Part shown: piece after piece, positions 46,947 through 60,800 of the stretch
Layout of the letters: each line of letters begins with the position of its first letter
Position numbering within the stretch: position 1 is the first letter of the stretch
Assembly (NCBI GenBank): GCA_037447605.1
Contig: CM074804.1
Coordinates: forward strand, 5,495,909 to 5,559,908
Length of the DNA: 64,000 nt
Direction of reading: 5' to 3'
From: Zygnema circumcarinatum SAG 698-1b
Lineage: Eukaryota > Plantae > Zygnematophyceae
Translations under genes and position numbers: made by a program
Notes under the pieces: generated by a model
Databases searched by the model: none
The model's input: the letters and a program-made list of their open reading frames with translations, nothing else
What the model was told of the DNA's origin: nothing

Positions 46947-48404
46947 GGCAGGCACGACACCTCTCCTCCGAAATAGGGCGACTCTCCTTTGTTGAGTTCG
47001 TATCTTGGACTATTGAAAGGCGTCCATCCGTTCTCGTTGCATGTCACGATTATGTGCGTCAAGTGGTCTCTTAATATGCTATGCAGGAGTTTTAGAGGTG
47101 CTGCATGTGTTGAACAGTTTATTAACGTTTCCAACTTTCTAGGCTTCAGATTTAGTAAAGCTGAACAGCTTGAACGCGGGTGTCTTTTACTTCATTCGCC
47201 AATGCCTGCGACCTCGCTGTAACTCAAGGCAGCAAGAAGCTATTAATACTTTTGTACACAAAAAGACACTCTTGTTCATGCTCTTCATAGCACCCTGGAT
47301 CACCCTATTTATGCAGAAGAATGTTGATCCATGGCGTTGCATTTCTTTTTGAGCATTATGCTTTAACTGTTGCACGATGTCTTGGTGTAAGTTTTGTTTT
47401 AGAGGTACTACTTACAACACCTCTGAACTATCAGCAATACTAGGTGATGCGAATAGTTGACAAAAAACTCGCTTAAAGTAGCTACTAGGACCTATCCACG
47501 GCTACTAGTAGTGGCGGTGCTTCTCCTAGCAGCGAACGTTGCTGTAGTTTTTATTTTGATCAACTGAGGCTCGATGCGCATCAACAGAGGTGCTGCCTTG
47601 GCCTCCGAGGTTTTGTGCTTAACTAAATAAGCAAAATTTTCAGTTGTTTTAGAAGCCAATTCGACGCCTTTTTTTATACATTGACAGAAGAAAACATGCT
47701 AAACATGGTAACCCTTCCATAATGGCCTTCATCAAGGCAACAATCTATCACCCCTTGCGGCCCTCCTTGAGCCGGAGCTGAAGCTGGATTATCCTCCTTT
47801 GTTGGCACATGGACAAAAGGCTTGTTTAGGTGGTTCAAAGCTATCCATGAATCGTTAAAGTGAATGCCATGCGTGAGTAGGCCTGAGTTAGTGTGGACAA
47901 GTTTTAGGGTTCTGTCTGGATCGCAGATTGCTTTTTCGCTGAATCTACTGCCGATGGTTTGAGAGGGAGAGCTAGTTTGAGGATGTGCAGATACAGTTGC
48001 AGCATTGTCCCTCCATGTGGCTCTTAGCGCACGGACTGTGCACGAGCAGCAAACTGGCCACGAGGCAAGGCGAGGCTCGAGGCTAGAGAGGTCGTGCTTG
48101 AGGCTGTGATGTGGGGCCCCACCTTGTCTCTAGGCTTGATCTTCGGCATGCGCTTTTACCATGACAACATGTCATAGCGTAGCTAGTCTCATCCAGATGA
48201 CCAAGTACACATTTTTTTCCATTGCCTTTCAAGGCTTTCAACTGATATCTGGAAACCGTCCGTGCCTGTACTGCCGATGCACGCAGAGCATCAAAAAAGT
48301 TCTATATTTTTGCCCATATGACACCCTAACAAAGTGAACCGCATTTTGACCTGATGCCTAGTTTGCAAAAGAGGGCCAAGCCGTAACGTATGTACGCATG
48401 TCTC

Positions 48405-48439
48405 ATGTATGTATGTATGTATGTATGTATGTATGTATG
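48405..48439 (+). repeat. (ATGT)n microsatellite
   Basis: About 9 perfect ATGT units. Confidence 0.95.
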
Positions 48440-49153
48440 ACTGACTGCATGACCAACGAAAACCGTATAGTATCGTATCGCGTGCCAGCCCTATCCCGAG
48501 TGCGCGCCGACCGGCGCCGGACGGGTCACGTCCGTACAGTCGTCGCGTCACGCGTCCGCTGGCCGGCGCGCCCTCGGTCCCCTCCGAGCCACCGGCCGCC
48601 CGGCCGTCCGTCCGTCCGTCCGCTGGCGACGTCGCGAGTCACGACAGGCACCGGGCAGGGGCGCTGACGCAGGCTGGGAACTGCGTTGATCTCAGGCGTG
48701 GGTCCACCCACGCGATCCAGGGGAATTGATCCGGCGGTGGATCCGGTCCGCGGGGATCGCTCGCAATAATAAGGGCGCGACCGTACGCGCCAGCCATGGC
48801 TGCCTGCTCGGGCGCCGGAAGGTGAGGGAGGCGGGCAGGGGACGGAGAGGGGGAGGAGAGAGACGGAGAGGACGAGGGAGAGAAGCAAGGAGAAAACAGA
48901 GCGGAGAAATTGCGGGTTTAAGGCGATGGTTTTTGGAGCAACAGACCGCAGCGTACAGGGAAAAGCGGGGGAATGATCGAGGGGAGTGGGTGTTGAAGAG
49001 GCAGGACTTGCATGTGCCTTTGGCGCGATAGACGGTTTTACTGTAGGATTTTCTCAATAGCGAGGAAGGATTACTGGTGTGCCAAGGTGCTTGAACTCTA
49101 TTGTAAGCGCATTCCGCCTGGCTGTAAAACTGGCAAAGACGAAGGCACAGGTG

Positions 49154-52100
49154 ATGGAAGCGCCGGCGAAGGCGGAGCAGAGCGGAGTCGCTTGCTCCGT
49201 GTGCCTGGAGCTTGTTGTTGTTGAAGGAGGGGATCGCTCGACCGCGAAACTTAGATGTGGACACCAGTTCCATTTAGGTGAATCATCCCTGACTCAACAC
49301 GCAGTACAGGGGGTATTCCGACGTGTTCAAAAGTAGCCAGGCTGACAGAGACGCTTTAGGTTCCATTCATTTTGCATATCTGACAATGCTTTAATGAATA
49401 TGTTCATTATTCTGCTACTAGAAAAATAATCGATATGAAACTTGCGCTGGGATTTTGTGAACAGATTGTATTGGCTCCGCTTTCAACGTGAAGGGGGCAA
49501 TGCAGTGCCCTAACTGCAGACATGTGGAGGACGGACAGTGGCTTTACGCATCCGGAGTGCGCCCACAAGAGGAGTTTTCGTTCGAAGACTATGTTATTGA
49601 TGACGACTTGCCTGTAGACCTATCAACGGTCTTGTCAGCTGTGGAGGACGTGGTACTCGCAGAATCTTTACTTTTAGCCAAATAAAATTGTCCTTTCGCA
49701 CTATGTCAGAAACAACTGCGAGAAACCTTTGCATATAGACACAAACACAGGCCACACACGTTTCTAACGCGACCGAATGCAAGCTTTTTAATCGTTGTCG
49801 TAGAATGTGTTAGTCATAGCTTGTAAATGGCGAGTAAACTGTTGCATATCTTTCCAATGATGGCAGTGCTGATTGAGTCGTTGACAGAATCATAGTGAAG
49901 TTCTGTATCAACCTTATGATGCTTGGTTTGAATGTGAAACAGAGAACATTCACTTCTATCAGCGTATTGATTATCACTATTTGTTTGGTTTGTTATCCGT
50001 AGTGTTTATCACTCATGAGTTATGCCGAGACTGCTCTGAGGTGCTGGGACAGAGACTGCAGTTAGTCTTTTCTCCCTTAGAGTTCGTTCCGCCTGACTGC
50101 CTGCTTCGTGCAATACCGTTATACTTTGCCAAGAGCCGTACACTAATTTTCGCGTATAGCACGTTTCACCTATCCTGTGTAACATAGACTCCTTAAATTA
50201 TTTACTTATGTAGCCTCAGCTCCATATCTTGTGTTTCTTTCTTGTTTTTGACTGCAGCAATTGCCAGGAGGAACACTGTTGGGAGTACCTCCATTCTCTG
50301 CACGATCTGATTTTGAGGTGTTGGTCTTTACCAATTGGATTGCCTGTAGCAGCCATGGGTTTCAGCTGCTAGGGGTTATGGTTAGCAGCATCCATGTGAT
50401 AATATCCATCTCGAAATTTCTGCTTCAGTACAGCATGAGATGGAGGAATTCAACATCTACTGACGTCTTCTGTGTGGCATTTTTTGTATACAGCCGTACA
50501 GTAATCATTGGGGAGCTTGTCCCCACCTGGGGCATTGCCCTCATCCTCACATGGCAACCGTCTCGTTCGAGTTAGCATCTACATGCCCACTGCCTTCCAA
50601 TTTTAGTTGCTGTGATTTTTTTGTTCTCACAAGCCCTTGCAGGTTGCAGGCCATGTTAACTGTCAGCAAAATGCAGATGGCCTGCTTCTGATTGGTTGCA
50701 ATTTCTTGTTGCCAATGTAACCTTGCAGGAGGAGGCTGGAGAGACATCTAGCAGGCAGTATGGTGGAAGGTGACTCCACTTTTGCACAGAGGACACCTCG
50801 CAGCTTGTTTGAGTTTGCATTTTGGGCGATGACTGCCCGACCTCCTTTCTCCTTACTGTGCGACCATTTTTCTTTTCTGGATGTGTTTCTTGGTGTGACA
50901 AGTGTAGTAAGTTGTGCATGGTTCTGCAGGCCAACCTTTATGGCCAATGCCAGAATCTCGCCGATGGAATCCAGCAGATGTTGATTGGGCAAGAGGGACT
51001 GCTCCACATGACCCGTCTGCAGGGGCCCACATGCACCACGGGTAGGTGCCGTTGACTTGCTCCTTTTGGCTCGAGTTTCCAGTTTATATCGTGACAAAGC
51101 TTTGGTATTTTAAGTATCTCTGACATTCATTTCATTTGACAGAGAGTTTGTCAAACTGTCTCTCTGTCAAGGTCTCTTCTTACGCCCATGGCAGAGGGGT
51201 ATCACATGTGATGCTTTTTGAATCTGAGGAACTTAATGTATTGTGCAGCAGGCATCATGGCTCTTTGGACTTAGACGGGTCTCAATTGCCAGGAGTCCAT
51301 TTCACTGCAATGGGGCATTCTGGTCCGCCGAGCTGGTTTGAGGACTCTTCGTATCGTCTGAGGCAAAGCAGGTCTCCCCTCCTAAGAAATTTGCAACAGT
51401 CAACGCAGGGCAACTTTCGGGGGCCACCTAGTAGGAGCCTACATTCGAATTACAGTAATGCTATTCTCAATGGAAGAAGGGGGGTGTCTCCCGAGCAGAC
51501 AAGCAGGCAGCAAGCAGGTGCTGCTAGCAGAGCAGCGGGCCATGAAGGCGGAGGACCCAATGGGATGGTGGTGAGGGAGGGTTGGAGATGGCTTGCAGAA
51601 GCTCCTGGATTAGCTGCTCGGGGGGAGGCTCCTCCACAAGATGCTTGGGAGGTGGAGCGATCCAGATCACCAAGGGGTTCCTACACGTCTAGCAGCGTAG
51701 GGGCCATTGGTGGACTCCCTCAAGCGCAGGGTGAAGGATTCCAGGGCGCATCCCTTGGCTCTGCATATGATGGGCCTCACAGGAGTGGTTCTTCAAGAGA
51801 GACGCACCATGCAGCCTGGCGCCGGCAGGGCCTCTCGCCTGCTCCTTCTGTCTTTCGATCGTATGACACGGACGGCCCTCCTGGATCAGAGGTCAGTCAA
51901 CCAGTTGGTACTCTCTTCGTTCTTCTTCTTAAAATGGAATGAAGCATTACAGAAAATGTTCTATCACGGCCATTTCTTTTGAAGTTCTCCCATTCTGCAG
52001 AGAGTCTCAATGATTTTTTAATATTCTTTGTTCAGCTTAGATTTTTCAGCCTATATCTAGGTTCTGATTCATGAAGGCTGATAAAGCTCATCCCTTTCCT

Positions 52101-53605
52101 GTATATGCTATTTTCATAAACAAATCAAGGTTATTATTTCGTTATTCCATATGAGAGTTCAGTTTGCAGTCAAAACTCTTTGCCCGTAAGTTACATCTGG
52201 AGGCCTTGAGACGATGTTCAACACAATATTCAATACAGCATATTTACTAGAGTCAATGTATATAAGCAGCACCTGTCGAAGGTACTAGCATTTTGGGCAT
52301 TTCATCTGGATCTTCAGGTAAAAAAGCTCACCACAGCTGTTCAAAACGTGGATTTTCTTAAACAAATCGATCGGCTTCATTCACATAGTCTGGGTTGATG
52401 CATCGCTATTCTTCAGAAACACGCGACTCCGGTGTACCGATCAATGATAAACGTCTTGTAGTCAAGTTTCTATTTGCATCTGCCAGTTCAGACCTAGAAA
52501 AAGAACAATACGATCTTGGAAAGCGTTTGTTGTGTCACTTCAACTGGATGAAGAAGCAGTTTTCAATGTAATGCCGGCAGTGAGCTTACTTTCAATACAT
52601 GTGTAGTAACTGGTGTAAAGACATTGAGCCAGAGGGACGTAATTTTTTTTGCAGTTTCGTTGCTTGATTTGTGCGGAAGTGCCTTGGAGAGAATCCCTCA
52701 ACCCCCCATCGCGGAGAGCAAACTTCAGAGATTTTTTTTCTCTTCGTCAACACACTTTGACAAGACATCACTATGATCCCTTCACTATGGGGGCCAACTT
52801 GTGACGGTAATAATTTCCCTCTCAGCAACGAAGGATCTTTTACATGGAGAGGGATTTCTATGTTAGTTTAGAGCAGCGTTTTGGGCCAGTGATCTCCTGT
52901 GACAATTGTTTGTCGATTCCTTGGCGGATATGGATACGAGACAATGTTTTGCTCGGACTGAGTGCCTGTCTGTTGATTCTTTTTAATCATCTGTTGGGAT
53001 GGTCCTGATATCATTGTATTTTTGCCATGTTCATTATCATATGGCACTAATGTAATGATCCTGGAGTACTGGTCCTCGTCGTGAATAAAGGTCCATAGGT
53101 GTGTACGGCATAGGACTACTTATCCTTTTCCTGAAATCCCCGTTTTAAAATTTATGCACATGATTGGGTTAGATTGAATTTTGACAGGTTCCTCCACGTC
53201 CATTCAGCATTGCAAAAGGATTGCATCAGTCAAGACTGCATGGTCAATACATGATACGGTTTCTATTACGGAGGAGTTAGCATTCAAGTAATGCATTGAG
53301 GGGACAGCTTGATGAATAGTACACCTTATGAGCTCAGTCTGCGAGTGGATGCCATCTCAAAGGTGAGGTGAAGAGTCGGTACCAAGGACTCTCCGAGCTT
53401 CGGCCCTTCGCCTGAAGATTGATGTTCATAACAAATCACTAATAATCATCAAGTATGGTTGTGCTGTACAGGACGGCGCGAGAGCCTTTGGATGAATTGG
53501 GAGATAGGGGAACGGGAGACCTCTTTCTCGATGAAAGGCCCAAGGTCCCGGGGCTCTCAAGTGGAAGGGTCACCTGATATGCGTGTGCTTCAGGGGGGGT
53601 TGTGA
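49154..53605 (+). CDS. RFI2: RING-H2 E3 ubiquitin ligase, RFI2/IPI1-like; 3' end uncertain
   Basis: Exons 49154-49277 and 49465-~49650 give CSVCLELV..RSTAKLRCGHQFHLDCIGSAFNVKGAMQCPNCRHVEDGQWLYASG. Later low-complexity exons at ~50494, ~50930 and ~51250-51900. The last exon at ~53471-53605 is tentative. Confidence 0.82.
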
Positions 53606-54606
53606 TTGACTGATGTGAGATCCGACAGGCTGTGCTTTGAAGAACTCAATTGTTCAACGGCACAGTCAGTCTGGAGCCTGTGGTGTTCTTGAGGACGATC
53701 AATCTTGTGCAGGTTTTTGTTGGAACTTCATCCTATATATATTGTGCCTTTCCTTCTCCGCAAAAAATTCACAATTTTCCTTTCGGTCACCATTGGATTT
53801 CATTGTGAAATAAGTGTCTCACCGATGTCCTAACCGAAATAGATTCAATTCTATGCACGTGTGATCGCGGTTTTCAACCAGTCCTTGGTTTGCTTCTTCA
53901 TTCATATGCCTCGAAAAGCACCTCGTCTCGACGTGAAACGAGGGTAGAAACGGGCGGGCCTACCGGCACCTTGAAGTGTGTAAATAGCACAAGCAATCGC
54001 AGACAGCGAGCTGGCTCGCGCGTCGCTCACTGCGGTCTGGAGGCACAGGCAGGCGGGCCAATGATACTCGAGAGGGTCATCCCTCGTCCGGGCCACGGAA
54101 CAGAATGAAATACATCATTGGACTAAGGTAGTGTGTCTGTATTGAAACTAGTGAAACAAATACAGGATCGACGCCTGCATCGATCTCCGGTCACTGACAT
54201 GCAATGAGTACTAATGGATGCTCCAAGATCCATCATTTTAGAAGAACCGAGCTTGTCAATTTTTAAAACTTCCATACTACGACGAGTTCGACAGTAGTAT
54301 ATTTTCCCAAATAAATCCTTAAGTAAACGTGCTGTTTTCGAAACCAACCCCCAAGCGAAACCGTTATGAATTTGCCAAGATTCCGATTAGCAAGCCCTGC
54401 TAATCTGCAGGAGCCCCGCGCCAGCTTGCAGCGAGCGGCGCCCTCTCCCTCTCCCTCTCCCTCTCCCTCGCCCACTCCCTCCGCACTCCCTCTCCGCCCC
54501 TTTCTCGAGCCCGCGGCCGCGCTTGTGCGCTTCACGGCTACATGCGGCGCCCGCAGTCCGACAGCCGCGTGACGCCGCACATGGAACGGCCCCCACGCCT
54601 CGCGCG

Positions 54607-54642
54607 TTCCCGCCATTTTTCGGATTGCCTTGGCGCCAAAAA
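54607..54642. promoter_or_regulatory. E2F-type sites upstream of Pol epsilon
   Basis: TTCCCGCC (54607-54614) and TTGGCGCCAAAAA (54630-54642; reverse strand TTTGGCGC) lie within 200 bp of the ATG of a classic E2F target gene. Confidence 0.6.
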
Positions 54643-54811
54643 GACGTTGCAGTAGCCATGGCCCCATGGCGGCCTCCGCCCACCCATCGACGCGCCCACT
54701 TGCCTCTCGCATCTTCTTCATGCCCGGGCCACTGCCAAGCTGACGCATTTTGGTCTGGAAGGTGAGGTAATCTAGGAGGAAGTGTGGTGTTATAGACGCG
54801 TACATTTCATT

Positions 54812-57800
54812 ATGCGCGGGTGGCGCGGTAGAGGTGGAGGTGGAGGGGAAAGAAGGGATGGGCGGAATGACGGACGTGGTCGAGGAGGGAGAGGTGGAGG
54901 AAATCGAATCAATCAGCAATCAGGGGAGGCTGGAAACGGCGAAGGAGGCAGTTTTAGGCAAGGAGGTGGCCCACGGAGAGGGAGGCGACGTTTCAATGGC
55001 AATTTTTCGGAAGAAATGGGGCTTGAAGCGCGATTAGGGTTTGACACGTTCACGGAAGGGGAGGCGAGGCTTGGATGGTTGCTGAACATGAGCCCAGTGA
55101 GTGGTGACTAACTGAGATGCGAGCTGGAGGCCTATGACTGAAGGATAGGATAATCAATAATGGAAAGGACAGTAAAGAAAGGCAGAAATATTCTGGTGCT
55201 CGTTTAGTTGTTTCGAAATGTTTAATTCACAATCGGCAACCTCGCATAGTGCATAGCCTCAAAATCTCAGAATCCTGGTTCTTCAGACGAGCTTACACTC
55301 TATGATGCTGAAAACCCATTCAGAACGATTGAAGGGAAAAACACAGTCACATTCTGACATGTCTATCCCCTTCTCTATATTTGCGCTACCCTGTATGCGC
55401 ATGAGAGCAGTCGAGCCTAATGGACGAGGAAACGAATGCGACGTACAGCTGTATGAATCTGTATTTCGTCTGCCAGGTGGTTTTCTACCGCGCCTCTTTA
55501 CGTTTCTCCATCTTTGCATAAACACCCGCAAGCTCCTCAAACATAAGGACTCTAAGTACAAGCGCGTAATTCTTAATTATACCTAATTCGTGATAGTTTG
55601 CTCGTAAGTCCCTCTTTGATTATCTTTTGCTCTTTCTATGTCGCCAATTGATTCGTTCTCAACATGATGACTTTGATGACTGTTCTGAATGAATAACCGA
55701 CGAAAACCCAAACCAAGTAAACGTATTTAGTGAAAAATAAGGAAGTTAGTAATGCCTTATGGGATTAGCGATGCAATCACGGTTTTGAATTGTACGAAAG
55801 TTTCACGAACTTTTTGCACGTCACTGTGAAAAAACCTTCATAAATTTTTTCGAACTAATTCTGTGCGGCTTTCTCCATCTTGCAGTCTACTGAGCCACCT
55901 GCGGTATGTTAGCTGGTATTGGCTATCTGTTAAGAGTGCTAATGCTGTTATCTGAGGTTTGCAGGATCGTTCCACATTTAAGGCGCAAGTCAAATTCGAA
56001 CCCTACTTCTACATTGGGATGTCGGTCAGCTCACAAGCCTTGCTCATGTCAACTTCAAGATTGTGAAGGCTTGAATTCCATCAGAAAAATATTCAGTTTT
56101 GAATGGTGTCCCCTGTGAAAGGCGGACGAAGCATCCCATAACTTCCTTGTGACGAGAGGCTATCTGTTCATTCCAAGTAATGGATAGGACATGGGATATG
56201 GTGACTGACCATTTACCATTGAAGTTCCCCTGAGGGTGATCTAACTTAATTCAAATGATTTTCTTTCCCAGGGTGGTGTGGAGATGGAAGTGGATTCATA
56301 TTTGCGGAGAAAGTACGAGGGGATAATCAGCAACTCCCAAGTGGTTGAAAAGGAGGACCTCGATTTGGTAAATAATAGTTTTCCTCGTCACATATAATTA
56401 CCGTCACATCGTTTCTTCACAGACATTCCTTTGTGCGTTCTACTAAACAATTTCCTCTTGCCACAATCTTTTACCTTTTTTGACTTCTTGCTCAAAGAAC
56501 GGGTGGCCCTTTGCTTTGCAGAAAAATCACCTCTCAGGACTGCGGCACACATTTTTGAAGTTATCTTTCAAGTCAGTACAAGATCTCATGGAGGTGAGGA
56601 AAGAAGTGGCAGCCATTGTAGCTCGTAATCAAGCGAAATTGGAAGCTTCACAAGCCTATGAGACGCTGCAGCACAACTTTGGGTTAGCTTCTACCACCTT
56701 CTTGCACGTTTCTTAAGCTTACTTAGCAAGATTCGTTACATTTGGAACCTCACAATGCAATGAGAGCGGCTTTATAGTTTTCGTATGTACCTGCTGGACC
56801 TTCATCTTTTCACGTTCAAAAACTGGAAAATTTGCAAGACTATGTATGTGGGCATACTCAAGGCAATGCAGAAATTATGATGAAGGCTAGTTCCAATTTC
56901 TAACAATTCAGCTGGTCCTTACAAAAGGAGGCCCTTAGTATTCCTAAGCAGTGAAGGACACTTTGTAACCCCTGATAAAGAGAGATTTCATCTCAATGTT
57001 TCATCTGCTGAAACGTATCCTAAATATGTAGTTAAACAATGAAATTGTCAAGGTGAGGTGATGGGCTGAGTTCGACCTCCACAAATCGAGAATGATTGGT
57101 GAAGTAGCAAGACAGAGATGCAGGAAATCGACGGGAGGACGAGAGTACTGAGTTGCCCACTTCCTAGATGATGAAGTGCTCGTGGGAATGCACGAAAGAA
57201 GCTTGTGGAAAGTTGTAGGGTCGCTTTTTGGAGATTTTCTGCACGTCTGAAGTTGGCTCTTTTCTGGTTCACTGTGGTAGGACTCAATCGGCTTTTGTGA
57301 GGCCAGTCGATTATTTGGAAAATTTGACAGAATTGCGGGAGTATGACGTTCCCTATCACGTTCGATTTGCCATTGACGTAGGTGAGTACCATCAACATGT
57401 TTTGGGGTGCGCAGGTCGACGAAGTTGATAACAGGTTGACAGTGCTATGCGAAAATGAAGGAAACGCACATTTAGGGATGCAGATCCACTAGTGATAGTA
57501 CACTTGTTAAAATGACTCTGTTTGGGCCATATGAATGAACAAACAACGAGCCCTCCATGCAGATGGACCCTTAATAGCTCGAAATGTCCTACTGTATGTT
57601 CCACATGTCGTCGTTCAGTCCTTCAAGAAAGCCATTTTATGTCTTAGAAACTAAATACTTCGCCAGTTTTCACTGTTGAAATTCACTCTTTCTCTTTTTA
57701 AGGAGCCCAAATCCCTTTCTGAAGTCTTTTGCTCTGTTGAACTCGTATTCGCAAATTTTATTTCCAGACGTTCGATGTGGTCACTGGTATACGGTGAAAT

Positions 57801-60800
57801 TTGAGAAAGGTGAAACAAGTTTGGAGCGACGAGCTGATCTTCTGCAGAGGGCGGAGCCATGCATCTGTGCCTTCGATATAGAGACCACCAAACTCCCTTT
57901 GAAGTTTCCGGACGCTTCATATGATCTCATCATGATGATCTCATACATGATCAATGGGAAAGGCTACCTCATCATAAATCGTGAGGTATGGCCCCTCGTT
58001 GTTTAGCGTAGCACAGATAGTTCGTACGAGGGGAATTGCCAGCAGTCGAACCTATGAGGTCTGAAGGGAACAGAAAATCAGTGGATGAATTTCTGAAGAA
58101 TTGCAGAGCAGAATGGCACATGAAGGTGGTGACTTTGCACTCAAGCTGTGAAATTGCTGCACCGATGGTGCTCCAGCTGCAGCTGCATGCAGCTGGTGCG
58201 TGTACAGTAGCAGTGCAAATGAGATGCAGAAAGTGGGCACGCTGCTAATGTAGGCTCATCAGATATCAGGTGGTTGGAGCCGACATCAATGACTTGGAGT
58301 ACACGCCAAAACCGGAATACAGAGGGGAGTTTACTGTATGGAATGTGGCGAGTGAGGTCTGGTTCCCTTCTCTACTTCTCTTCTCTTCTCTTCTCTCTTA
58401 CTTACCGTTGTCGAGTGTTTCTGAATCTTATGACATTGAACATTGCACACAGCTGGATTTCTTTTTGAAATGATGAAAGGGCTTTGTGTAGCGAACTGTT
58501 AGACTTGTCATGTGATGCATCGGTATTCCTACCCCTGTCTCCATTATCCTCACTCATTCACCAATGCTTGTCACACTACTTTCCTCTCGCCATTGAGAAC
58601 GGTAGGCGAGTGAGAATTTGAGAGGTGGCAATACCAGCTGAAGTCATTTCGAGTGGTCCTGGCAGGCGCCATAGGTCTTCTTGTTGGAATGGTCGAGCCT
58701 TTCTTGGACTGTTCTTGATTTTGTCATTTGGACCGCATCATATGTGCAGTACGACCTTCTCCGAAAATGGTTTGACCATATGCGAGAGGTTAAGCCTGGT
58801 ATATACGTTACATACAACGGCGACTTCTTCGATTGGCCATTTATAGAGGAGCGAGCCAAAGCACATGGCTTCAGTATGCTGCAGGTGATCAGCATGCTAT
58901 ATACAAATGCTCACATTAAGGAATTCATCCACATTTGGGCGGAGAGTGTAGGAGTTATTCGTATTGCCATTGTGGGCTGAAGAGAAGATTGACACTACAG
59001 CCGTGAGCGTTATTTGTATTTGCCATCGCAATATTTCAGAGCTGCATTCACAATGACCTTAGACTATGCACCTCTGCAGTGTGTTTCAGAGAGTATTGAT
59101 AGAGACAGTAGAAAAGGTGAAGGGGCTTTTCCATGCAAGAAAGGAAGAAGAGGGAAGGGTAAGCGGCTTCAAAGAATGAAATGACATGGTGAATTTGGTG
59201 AATTGTTGTATTTATCGGTTGAGGGCCTTCTGCGAGCTATACGTATTAGGGAGTAGAAATGGAGGTTGGGCAGTTTCTTTGCAAGCTTTCCTCAATCTGT
59301 TATCATGCATGGCAGGACGACATGTATGCCATTCATCTCAAGCTTCCACCACAAATTTTGGGCTTGCTTGAATGGCAGGAGATTGGATTTCGCAGTGATT
59401 CGGTAGCTGGAGAGTGCAGGAGCAAATTTAGCTGCCATTTGGATGCATTCTCATGGGTGAAGCGCGATAGTTACCTTCCACAAGGGAGCCAGGGCTTAAA
59501 GGTTTGTAGAAAACCCTCGCTATTGGGATTATACGGACTCAAGAACATCGTTGACGATGGTTGCGCGGTGTTGAGTCGGCACCACAGCATAGTCTCAATT
59601 GATGTTTATAGCGCGTAGTATTGCATTGGTTCTGGTGTATGTGAAGCTACTGCAAGGAGCGGATGCCTGCATCTGTGCGTGCTTCCGTCCTGATGCAGAC
59701 ATGTATGGCGGGAATGTTTTCAGGCAGTAACGAGGGCAAAACTTGGCTTCGATCCAGTGGAAGTGGACCCGGAGGACATGCTCAACTTCGCCATAGAGCA
59801 GCCTCAGGTGGTGCATCGGACCTTCACCGCAAAGGGAGCGTTTGCATGTTAGCGTCCATCTTTTCATTTCTCTTTGGGTCATACACTTCAGGAAAGAAAA
59901 AAAAAGAAAAAAAAATCGTTTCTAATTCGGATCTGCAGAGCCCAGGCCTACAAAAGGTGTGCCTCAACCTGACAGTCGATGAGACTGTGAGCGCCATGCC
60001 GCCTGAAGGCTAGGCGTATTCTGAGAGAACAATTGTGGTCTATGTGCAGACTATGGCCCAGTACTCCGTTTCTGATGCAGTAGCGACTTACTACCTGTAC
60101 ATGACATATGTGCATCCGTTCATTTACTCCCTCTCCACCATCATTCCCATGCCCCCCGATGAAGTGCTTCGAAAAGGCTCAGGCACCCTTTGCGAGATGC
60201 TACTCATGGTGCAGGTACGGTTCGATTGGGTTTGTTATTCCCTTACCTGCATTGATTTTTTTGTAGGCTGATGTGTGTTAGTGAATGAGGTTTGGCATTT
60301 TTTTTCAGTCCACCAGTTGAAGAGTGCCCTGACTGTTCCAAAGTGACTTTTCTGAATTTTTTTCTTCTACCTAGTGTTGTCTCAGGCCTTCAAGGGGAAC
60401 ATCATTTGCCCCAATAAGAAAGTCGCGGAGACGGAGAAATTTCATAAGGGAAAGCTCCTTGAGAGTGAAACTTACATCGGTGGCCATGTCGAATGTATAG
60501 AAAGTGGAGTATTTCGTTCAGACTTACCGACTCGGTTTCGCCTCAACCCTCCCGCATTTCAGGTGACTAATGCTGCGCAATACCTCTCTGCATCATTTGA
60601 TTCTCGGTTTATGTGCGAGTTTGAGCCCGCATTGGCCCACGTTAGCTCACGGACGGAGCAGTTCAAGTCTCAGATTCTGGCTTCCTTCCTTTACCGTGGT
60701 TATGCTGACTTCTTACGGAGCTTATCATCCAGTTTTGAAAGAATGGCAAGTCATTGTCTTCGCTCCTAGTACGCTGACTGGCACATGGTTCAGTCTTATC

